This document shows, one piece after another, positions 51,716 to 59,739 of a stretch of DNA of 64,000 nucleotides. The notes beneath the pieces were generated by a model, which saw nothing but the letters and a program-made list of their open reading frames with translations, ran no database searches and was not told the origin of the DNA. The DNA lies in assembly GCA_029261875.1 (NCBI GenBank), contig JAJDAL010000004.1, positions 21,656-85,655 on the forward strand. The letters run 5' to 3'. Source of the DNA: Deltaproteobacteria bacterium. GTDB lineage: Bacteria > Myxococcota_A > UBA9160 > JAJDAL01. Made by a program: the position numbers and the translations under genes. Numbering within the stretch: the first letter of the stretch is position 1; each line of letters starts with the position of its first letter.

Positions 51716-53917
51716 TTGACTGAAATGGTTGATCTCAAAAGGAAATCGAGCACCGCCGCGAGCAGCGCGGCCGGCGCCCGGCGCTTCAACGATATCGCGG
51801 ATCGGGTGCTCGAGAACGAGCCCCAGAGCGATCTGTCCCTCTTGAAGCGCGCCTATGTGTATTCCGCCAAGGTCCACGAGGGGCAGGAGCGCCTGTCCGG
51901 CGAGCCCTACCTGATTCACCCGATCGAGGTCGCGGGACTGCTGGCCGACATGCGGCTCGACGAGGTCTCGGTGGTCGTGGGACTGCTCCACGACACCTTG
52001 GAAGACACGCTCACCACCTACGAGGAACTCGAACGTCTGTTTGGCGAAGAGGTGGCGACGCTCGTCGACGGGCTCACCAAGATTTCCAAGATCGAATTCC
52101 ACTCACAGCAAGAACGCCAGGCCGAGAACTTCCGCAAGATGCTGCTCGCGATGTCGAAGGACATTCGCATCCTGATGGTCAAACTCGCGGACCGACTGCA
52201 CAACATGCGGACCCTGACCTACATGAAGGAAGATTCCGCGCGGCGGGTCGCCCAGGAGACGCTCGACATCTACGCGCCGCTGGCTCACCGCCTGGGCATA
52301 CACGGGATGCAGCAGGAACTCGAAGACCTGGCGTTTCGCACGCTCCTCCCGCAGGTCGCCGAAGACCTCGAACGCGAATTGGCCGTGGGGCGCAAGGAGC
52401 GCGAGGAATACATCGAAGAGGTCATCGGGATCCTCTCGACCAAGCTCGCCCAAACGGGTCTCGAAGTCGAAGTCAGCGGTCGCTTGAAAGACCTGGGTTC
52501 CATTCACAAGAAGATGGAGACCCAGGGGCTCACCCTCGATCAGATCTACGACGTGATCGCGTTTCGCATGGTGCTGTCCGCTGGACAGGAGTCCGTCTAC
52601 ACGGCGCTCGGGATCGTGCATTCGATCTGGCGTCCCGTGGCCGGGCGCTTCAAGGATTACGTAGCGCTTCCGAAACCCAACGGATATCAGTCCCTGCATA
52701 CGACGGTCATCGGTCCCTACGGTGAGCGGATGGAAGTCCAGATCCGCACGGTCGAAATGCATCGAAACGCGGAATACGGCATCGCGGCTCACTGGAAGTA
52801 CAAAGAGGGGCGAATCGCCGGGGAACGCGACGACGACCGGAAATTCGCCTGGTTGCGGCAGCTGATGGAATGGCAACAGGAGCTCGAAGACCCGCACGAA
52901 TTCATCGATGCCGTGAAGGTCGATCTGTTTCCCGACGAGGTGTTCGTCTTTACACCACGCGGTGACGTCATCTCCTTGCCGTCGGACGCCTGCCCCATCG
53001 ATTTCGCCTACGCGATTCACAGCGAAGTGGGCGATCACTGTTCCGGTGCCAAGGTGAACGGCACCATGCGCCCCCTGCGCCATCGACTCCAGGACGGAGA
53101 CACGGTCGAGATCATCACCAACACACAGCAGATGCCGCGCAAGGATTGGCTCGAGTTCGTGGTTTCCAGCAAGGCGCGTAGCCGGATTCGACACGCCATT
53201 CACGGAACCGAGAATGCGCGCAGCCGCGAGCTCGGTCGCGAAATGCTGGAGCGCGAGCTGCGTCGGGCGAAGCTGTCGCTTGCGCGTCTGCTCGAAAACG
53301 GCGAGCTGATCGAAGTGGCGAAGAGCTCGACTCGCGGCGGATCCGTCGAAGACCTTTTCGCCGCCGTGGGATATGGGCGACTGCCCGCGAAGGCGGTTCT
53401 CGGAAAACTTCGACCGGAAACCCAACCCGAATCGAAACCGGCCCGTCGCAGCTTCTTCCGCCGCCGCACGCCCTCGAGCAGCGGATTGCGGGTGAGCGGT
53501 CAGGGCGACGTGCTGGTGCGATTCGCGCGTTGTTGCGGGCCGCTTCCGGGCGAAGAGGTAACGGGTTTCATCACGCGCGGTCGCGGAGTGACGGTTCATA
53601 CCAAAGAGTGCGAGAAGGTGTTCGGGCTCGATCCGGAACGGCGCGTCGACGTCGACTGGGATCCCAAAAGCGCAGTCCCGCGGCGAATCAAGATCCGGGT
53701 TCACTCGGTGGATCAGCAGGGCATCCTCGCCAAGGTGACCAAATCGATCTCCGTGGCCGGCATCAACATCGGATCCGCGCGCGTGACCACCACCCAAAAC
53801 CGGCGCGCCATCGGAAACTTCGAACTCTGGGTGACCGACGCGAAGATGTTGAAAGCCGTCATGAAAGAGCTCACGAAGATCCGGGGCGTCACCCAGGTCG
53901 AGCGCGTTCGCCAGTGA
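51716..53917 (+). CDS. spoT: bifunctional (p)ppGpp synthetase/hydrolase (RelA/SpoT homolog)
   Basis: Track ORF, 733 aa. HD domain HEGQERLSGEPYLIHPIEVA...LHDTLEDT, synthetase YVALPKPNGYQSLHTTV, TGS and ACT domains. Start is TTG 51716 or ATG 51725. Confidence 0.93.
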   Translation: MTEMVDLKRKSSTAASSAAGARRFNDIADRVLENEPQSDLSLLKRAYVYSAKVHEGQERLSGEPYLIHPIEVAGLLADMRLDEVSVVVGLLHDTLEDTLTTYEELERLFGEEVATLVDGLTKISKIEFHSQQERQAENFRKMLLAMSKDIRILMVKLADRLHNMRTLTYMKEDSARRVAQETLDIYAPLAHRLGIHGMQQELEDLAFRTLLPQVAEDLERELAVGRKEREEYIEEVIGILSTKLAQTGLEVEVSGRLKDLGSIHKKMETQGLTLDQIYDVIAFRMVLSAGQESVYTALGIVHSIWRPVAGRFKDYVALPKPNGYQSLHTTVIGPYGERMEVQIRTVEMHRNAEYGIAAHWKYKEGRIAGERDDDRKFAWLRQLMEWQQELEDPHEFIDAVKVDLFPDEVFVFTPRGDVISLPSDACPIDFAYAIHSEVGDHCSGAKVNGTMRPLRHRLQDGDTVEIITNTQQMPRKDWLEFVVSSKARSRIRHAIHGTENARSRELGREMLERELRRAKLSLARLLENGELIEVAKSSTRGGSVEDLFAAVGYGRLPAKAVLGKLRPETQPESKPARRSFFRRRTPSSSGLRVSGQGDVLVRFARCCGPLPGEEVTGFITRGRGVTVHTKECEKVFGLDPERRVDVDWDPKSAVPRRIKIRVHSVDQQGILAKVTKSISVAGINIGSARVTTTQNRRAIGNFELWVTDAKMLKAVMKELTKIRGVTQVERVRQ

Positions 53918-54723
53918 GCGCACCCGTTTCGGTCTGCATCATTGCGTGCAACGAGGAAGATCAAATCGGCCGCTGCCTCGAGGCGCTTTCCTGGGCCGAC
54001 GAATGCATCGTGGTAGTGGATTCCCGCAGCAACGACGCCACCGAGCGCCTCGCCCGGGAGAGTGGCGCCCGCGTGGTGATCCACCCTTACGAGGGGAACG
54101 TAGAACAGAAGAATTTCGCCCTGGGCTGTGCCAAGCACGACTGGGTATTGGGCGTCGATGCAGATGAAGTATTGAGTGACGCCCTGCAGCAGGAGATCGT
54201 GGAAGTCTTGAAGACGTCCGCTCCAAGCGTCGGGGGATTCGAACTCAACCGCGTCACCTACCACCTCGGCCGCTGGATCCGGCACGGAGATTTCTATCCC
54301 GATTGGCAGCTGCGGCTGTTTCGGCGCTCGCGCGGCCGCTATGTCGGAATCAATCCCCACGGTCGAGCGGAAGTCGACGGGCCCGTCGGGCGTTTGCGGA
54401 ACGAAATGTTTCACTACAGCTATCGCGATCTGGCCGACCAGGTGGATCGCGTTCAGGATTTCAGCCGGGTGCAGGCGCGCGCGTTGGAACGTTCCGGACG
54501 GACCGTTCGATTGGCCGACCTGTGTCTGCGTCCCCCTTTTCGTTTCCTGCGCGCCTACGTGCTGAAGCAGGGATTTCGGGACGGAATGCCGGGCTTGATC
54601 ATTGCTGCGGTTACGGCGTTCCACGTGTTTCTCAAGTACGCGAAGCTCTGGGAACTGCAGCGCGGCGGTGGGCGCGAAGACGCCGCAGGAAAAGTGCGTC
54701 GCCGGAGCGCCGACCCGCGTTGA
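53914..54723 (+). CDS. glycosyltransferase family 2 (WaaE/KdtX-like LPS core type)
   Basis: Last 269 aa of track ORF 53530..54723, from GTG 53914 (GTGA overlap with the spoT stop). VSVCIIACNEEDQIGRCLEALSWADECIVVVDSRSNDAT...GVDADEVLS. Confidence 0.8.
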   Translation: MSAPVSVCIIACNEEDQIGRCLEALSWADECIVVVDSRSNDATERLARESGARVVIHPYEGNVEQKNFALGCAKHDWVLGVDADEVLSDALQQEIVEVLKTSAPSVGGFELNRVTYHLGRWIRHGDFYPDWQLRLFRRSRGRYVGINPHGRAEVDGPVGRLRNEMFHYSYRDLADQVDRVQDFSRVQARALERSGRTVRLADLCLRPPFRFLRAYVLKQGFRDGMPGLIIAAVTAFHVFLKYAKLWELQRGGGREDAAGKVRRRSADPR

Positions 54724-55844
54724 AGATCCTTCATCTCACCAGCGATTGGAAATGGACCGGTCCGGCGGAACCGATGCTGCGTCTGGCGTTGGCTCAGCGC
54801 GACGCGGGGGAGCAGGTCTTCCTCGCCTGTCCCGCTGGCAGCGCCGAAGGTCTCGCCACGCGCGCGCGCGACGCGGGGCTGGCTCCGCGGTTGGAATTGG
54901 AATCCGCGCGAGGCGTGAGGCTGCTTCGCGATCGTGCGGAAGTGGCTCGCTTGCGCGGCCTCTTGGAAGAAGAACAGATCGACATCGTTCACACCTGGCA
55001 CACGCGCGATCACGTGCTCGGACTGCGCGCCGCGGCTTTGCGCCGGCGTCGCGGTGCCACGAAGCTCGTCCGCTCGTTCCGGCTCGCCGAGAAAATCTCC
55101 CAGGCGCCCTGGAACCGCTGGCTGTTTGGTCTCGGGACGGACGGGCTTTTGTGCGTATCGCCGGAAACGGCGCGGCGAAACGCCTCCATCCGCGTTGGGC
55201 GGCCGACACGAGGCGTGTTCGGCGCCGTCGATCTCGCGCGATTTGCGCCCGTCGATGCGGATCCCCGCGTGCGCGAGAGCCTCGGATTGAAGCCCGAACA
55301 TCGGGTGGTCGGGATCGTTGCGCGCGTGCAGGGTCATCGTCGTTTCGATCTCTTGTTGACGGCGGCCGCGCGTTGGTTCGCGCGCGACGGCGCGGCGCGC
55401 TTGCTCGTAGTGGGGCGCGGTACGAAGCGTGAGGAATTCGCCGAGCGCCCGGCGCGGGAACTCGGCATCGAGGATCGCGTGATCTTTGCGGGTTACCGCC
55501 GCAATGACTACGCGGACGTGTTGCGCTGCATGGACGTCTTCACGTTCCTGGTTCCCGGATCCGACGGAACCTGTCGGGCTTTGTTGGAGGCGGCCGCGTG
55601 TGGGATTCCGGCAGTGACTTCGAAGCGCGGCGCGTTGCCGGAAATCATTGCCGACGGGAAAACGGGAATTCTGTGCGACGAAGATCCCGACGCGCTGGTG
55701 GCCGCGTGGGAGCGCTTGTTCGCCGATGAGGCGGCGACGCGCGCCATGGGAAACGCCGCGGCGCAGCGCGCCCGGGCCCACTTCTCGCCCGAAGGGTTCG
55801 CGGGCCAGGTTTCGGAGCTCTACGCCGAGGTCCTCGGGAAATAG
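54720..55844 (+). CDS. glycosyltransferase family 4
   Basis: Last 374 aa of track ORF 54303..55844, from TTG 54720 (TTGA overlap). LKILHLTSDW..., VFTFLVPGSDGTCRALLEAAACGIPAVTSKRGALPEIIADGKTGIL (EX7E-type). Confidence 0.8.
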   Translation: MKILHLTSDWKWTGPAEPMLRLALAQRDAGEQVFLACPAGSAEGLATRARDAGLAPRLELESARGVRLLRDRAEVARLRGLLEEEQIDIVHTWHTRDHVLGLRAAALRRRRGATKLVRSFRLAEKISQAPWNRWLFGLGTDGLLCVSPETARRNASIRVGRPTRGVFGAVDLARFAPVDADPRVRESLGLKPEHRVVGIVARVQGHRRFDLLLTAAARWFARDGAARLLVVGRGTKREEFAERPARELGIEDRVIFAGYRRNDYADVLRCMDVFTFLVPGSDGTCRALLEAAACGIPAVTSKRGALPEIIADGKTGILCDEDPDALVAAWERLFADEAATRAMGNAAAQRARAHFSPEGFAGQVSELYAEVLGK

Positions 55845-55971
55845 TTCCCGGCTGCGCAATCCTTACGCACGACCCCCGTCAAGATGCGCGAGCGCGCTGG
55901 GCATGTTCGCGCCGGGGGCTGCCCCCCCCGAATGAGTAAAGGTGACCCTTCCGCGCGTCGAAGGGGGTGCC

Positions 55972-58900
55972 ATGAGTGTGGGCCCCTCGAATTATCCCGC
56001 CCTATGGGACCGCTTTACGAAGGCGCAAGGCCGCGTGCACCTCACCGGTCTACAAGCACTCTTACGCGTGGCGCTGGACCAGATTCGCGCCGACCGTCTG
56101 GCGGGTCGTCGGGTCGGGGGAATGATCTCCGGTTACCCGGGCTCTCCGCTCGCGGGCTTCGATCAACTTCTCAACGGACTCGAACCCCTGCTTCGCGAAC
56201 ACGACGTTCGTTTCGTCCCCGGGCTCAACGAAGAGCTCGCGGCCAGCACCGTGGGGGGAAGTCAGTGGGTCGATCTCTTTCCCCATTCGAAGTACGACGG
56301 CGCGATCGGAATGTGGTTCGGCAAGGCACCGGGCCTGGACCGTGCGCTCGACAGCATGCGTCACGCCAACTTCGTCGGGACCTCGCGCTTTGGCGGCGCG
56401 CTGGCGGTGATCGGCGACGACCCGAGCAGTAAGAGCTCGACGCTCCCCAGTCACAGCGAATACGCAGCCGCCCACGCCATGATTCCGCTCCTGGTTCCCG
56501 CGGATGCGGCGGATGTCGTCGAATTGGGCCGACACGCCTACGCGCTATCGCGCTACGCGGGGTTGTGGACGGGGATGAAAATCGTCGCCGACGTGGCGGA
56601 TGGCGGGGTCGTGTTCGATTGCGGTTCGTTCCCGGCGCCGGAACTCCCCAAGTTCGACATACGGGGTCACAACTTCGAGAAACGTCTCGATCCGCGCCTG
56701 CTTACGCCCCACGTCAATCGAATCGAAGAGGAGATCTTCTTCGAGCGACTCGAAGCGGTACAGCGCTACGCGTGCGCCAACCGCCTCGATCGCGTCACGC
56801 ACCGCCACAGTCGAGACCGCATCGGGTTGGTGGCGAGCGGTCGTCTCTACCGCGTGCTCGAGGGTGCTCTGGCTCGCTTGGGACTCGACTCCGGTGCCCT
56901 GGAAGAGCTTGGCGTCCGCGTCATGAATCTGCGCATGGTCTATCCGCTGGATCAGCGTTCCCTGCGGGATTTCGCCGAAGGGCTTTCGGAACTGATCGTG
57001 ATCGACGAACGCCGCGGCTTTCTCGAGAGCCAGATCCGTTCGGTGCTCTACGACGGCATGGACCATCCGCTCGTACACGGGCAGCGACGCGACTCCGGTG
57101 AGCCGTGGCTTGCGCGCCACTTCGAAATTAATGCGGAAACCGTGGCCATGGACCTCGGGGCGCATCTCGCCTCGCGACTCAGTCGCCGGGAATTCCACGA
57201 TCGCGTCGAACGCATTCGCGCCTTCGAATCCCAGGGCGAGGCCGCCACGAAGATCCAACGTCCGCCGGTTTTCTGCGGGGGCTGTCCTCACAATGCATCG
57301 ACCCGATTGCCCGAAGGCGCACGCGCAGGCGGCGGGATCGGTTGCCACACCATCGCGCTGCTCGGAGATCGCGGGATTCAATTCGTGGGTGCCATGGGGG
57401 CCGAGGGGACGCCGTGGATCGGGCTGGCGCCCTATGTCGATACCCCGCATCTGTTTCAGAACCTCGGTGACGGCACCTATTTTCACTCGGGACGTCTCGC
57501 CGTGCGCGCCTGTGTGGAAGCCGGCGCGCGCGTCACGTTCAAGATTCTCTACAACGGCGTGATCGCCATGACGGGTGGGCAAGACGCGGTCGGGGTGAAG
57601 CCCGTGGCCGAGTTGGTGCGCGATATTCGAGCCGATGGAGTTCGGCGCGTGATCGCCATGAGTTCGGACCCGGATCTGCGCGCCCTAGCGCGGCGCGACC
57701 CGGCGGTTCGCTGTATCGATCGCGATGAATACGACCAGGCCATGGTCGAGATTGCACGCGAGCCCGGGGTTACGGCGCTCGTGTACGACTCCGCGTGCGC
57801 GAATCAGAAGCAGCGCCTCGAACGCCGCGGTCTGCGTCTCGGGTCGGGTGAGCAGGTATTGATCCACGAAGACGTGTGTGAAGGTTGTGGCGATTGCGGG
57901 AAGCGCTCTTCCTGTGTGTCGCTGCGGCCCGTTTCCACAACCCTCGGTCGCAAGACCCGCGTCCATGAAAGTTCGTGTGCGGACGATCGCACCTGCGTGA
58001 AAGGCGATTGCCCGGCCTTTCTCAGCGTGGCAGGCCGCGGACCCTTTTCGCTACCGGCGGTGACCTGGGACCCGCAGCCGCTGCCGGATCCTCCGCCCGC
58101 GGTCTGGCGCACGGACCGATATGCGGTGCTCCTGGCCGGCGTGGGGAGTACGGGGATCGTCAGCACCGATGCGCTGCTGATGCGCGCCGCGGAACACGAA
58201 GGCCTGTTCGCGATCCATCTGGATCAGACCGGTCTCGCCCAGCGCGGCGGTCGCGTGGCCTCTCATTGTGTGTTCAGCAGGGCGCCCGTAACGGGCAGTC
58301 CCCGCGTCGGATGGGGCGAAGCCGATGCGCTGTTCGCCCTCGATTCCCTGACCGCCTCGGACGCGGACAGCTTGCGCCGCCTCGATCCCCAACATACGCG
58401 CGCGGTCATCAACTCGAGTCTGTATCCGACCGCAGGCATGATCGAGCATCCCGAGCAGGCCCTTCCGAATCCCGAGGAATTGGTGGGTCGCATTCGCAGC
58501 AGCGTCGTCGAAGCGACGGTGACGCAAGCCGAATCCCTCGCGGAAGCGGTGATGGGCGAATCGATGTTTGCGAATACCATCCTGCTGGGAGCGGCGCTGC
58601 AACGTGGGTTGCTACCGCTGGCGGTGGCGAGCGTCGAATCCGCGATCCGAGATCGGGGTGTTCAAGTCGAAGGCAATCTTCGCGCTCTGGCGCTGGGGCG
58701 ATCCGTGGTGGTCGACGCGTCCCTGGCGGATCGATTGTTGGCGGACGCAAAACCGCCCGCCGTCGGCAGCGATACCTCCGCCGCCGATGCCAAGGCGGTG
58801 TTCGGCGCGGCCTGGACGCGCCTCGAAAGCAGCCGCGTCGACGCGCGGGTACTCGACCGGATCGCGGGCTTTGCCGTCGATCTTTGCGATTACCAGAACG

Positions 58901-59478
58901 AGTCCTATGGGAGACGCTACCTCGCGACGCTCACCGAGTTCGCCGCGGCGGAATCCCGCACGCAACCGGGCAATTTCAACCTGACGGACACCGCGGCTCG
59001 CGAGCTGTACCGATTGATGGCCTACAAAGACGAATACGAAGTCGCGCGTTTGCTGTTGCGCGGTCCTTACCGGCGCTGGCTCGAACGACGCCTCGGACAC
59101 GCCCCGGCGCTTCGCTACCACCTGCATCCGCCCTTGCTGCGCGCACTCGGAATGAAGCGCAAGCTCCGACTCGACACGAAGATGGAGCCCCTCCTGCGGA
59201 CTCTCGTGTCGCTGCGCCGTCTGCGGGGAACGGCTTTCGACCCCTTCGGTCGCAGCTCCGTTCGACGCCTCGAGCGCGAACTCGTGGAATGGTACGTCGC
59301 GCTCTTGGGACAGGCCGGTGACCGTCTTTCGTCACAGAATCTCGAGCGCGCGAAGGAGATCGTTTCCGCTCCGGAGCGCATTCGCGGCTACGAGGACATC
59401 AAAGAATCCGCTGCGGTTCGCGTTCGCGGTCGTGCCGACACGCTCCTTGCCGCGTTCATTGCGGCGCGCCCCCAGTAG
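55972..59478 (+). CDS. indolepyruvate ferredoxin oxidoreductase family protein (fused alpha/beta)
   Basis: Track ORF 55942..59478. ATG 55972 preferred because AAGGGGG lies 5 nt upstream. LTGLQALLRVALDQIRADRLAG..., TPP-binding GCHTIALLG...NLGDGTYFHSG, Cys clusters CEGCGDCGKRSSC and CADDRTCVKGDCPAF. ~1170 aa is typical of this family. Confidence 0.88.
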   Translation: MSVGPSNYPALWDRFTKAQGRVHLTGLQALLRVALDQIRADRLAGRRVGGMISGYPGSPLAGFDQLLNGLEPLLREHDVRFVPGLNEELAASTVGGSQWVDLFPHSKYDGAIGMWFGKAPGLDRALDSMRHANFVGTSRFGGALAVIGDDPSSKSSTLPSHSEYAAAHAMIPLLVPADAADVVELGRHAYALSRYAGLWTGMKIVADVADGGVVFDCGSFPAPELPKFDIRGHNFEKRLDPRLLTPHVNRIEEEIFFERLEAVQRYACANRLDRVTHRHSRDRIGLVASGRLYRVLEGALARLGLDSGALEELGVRVMNLRMVYPLDQRSLRDFAEGLSELIVIDERRGFLESQIRSVLYDGMDHPLVHGQRRDSGEPWLARHFEINAETVAMDLGAHLASRLSRREFHDRVERIRAFESQGEAATKIQRPPVFCGGCPHNASTRLPEGARAGGGIGCHTIALLGDRGIQFVGAMGAEGTPWIGLAPYVDTPHLFQNLGDGTYFHSGRLAVRACVEAGARVTFKILYNGVIAMTGGQDAVGVKPVAELVRDIRADGVRRVIAMSSDPDLRALARRDPAVRCIDRDEYDQAMVEIAREPGVTALVYDSACANQKQRLERRGLRLGSGEQVLIHEDVCEGCGDCGKRSSCVSLRPVSTTLGRKTRVHESSCADDRTCVKGDCPAFLSVAGRGPFSLPAVTWDPQPLPDPPPAVWRTDRYAVLLAGVGSTGIVSTDALLMRAAEHEGLFAIHLDQTGLAQRGGRVASHCVFSRAPVTGSPRVGWGEADALFALDSLTASDADSLRRLDPQHTRAVINSSLYPTAGMIEHPEQALPNPEELVGRIRSSVVEATVTQAESLAEAVMGESMFANTILLGAALQRGLLPLAVASVESAIRDRGVQVEGNLRALALGRSVVVDASLADRLLADAKPPAVGSDTSAADAKAVFGAAWTRLESSRVDARVLDRIAGFAVDLCDYQNESYGRRYLATLTEFAAAESRTQPGNFNLTDTAARELYRLMAYKDEYEVARLLLRGPYRRWLERRLGHAPALRYHLHPPLLRALGMKRKLRLDTKMEPLLRTLVSLRRLRGTAFDPFGRSSVRRLERELVEWYVALLGQAGDRLSSQNLERAKEIVSAPERIRGYEDIKESAAVRVRGRADTLLAAFIAARPQ

Positions 59479-59739
59479 ATTCGATTTCGATCGAACGACG
59501 GGTTGAGTCTCCACGCCAAAGCTTCGTAAGGATCGCTTCGCGTGGATCGGCTTCCCACACCGCTCGACCGGCCGAGCGGAAACGCTTTCCCCTGAAGCGA
59601 CTTCGAGGCCGACCTGCTGGTGAAATACGCAGGCGCTCAGGACCAGTGGATAAACCGATTGATCGCGCTTCGGGGCGCGTCTACCCTTGGGGGCCGCTTC
59701 GCTGTTCAGATGTTTTAGCTGGCAATGCTGGAGAAGTGC

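Noticed and set aside
52103-53923. 606-aa minus-strand ORF
   Set aside because: It is antisense to the RelA/SpoT homologue. No motifs.
59480-59495. Hairpin TTCGAT-TTCG-ATCGAA right after the oxidoreductase stop, considered as an intrinsic terminator
   Set aside because: It has only a 6-bp AT-rich stem and no downstream T-tract, which is too weak to call.
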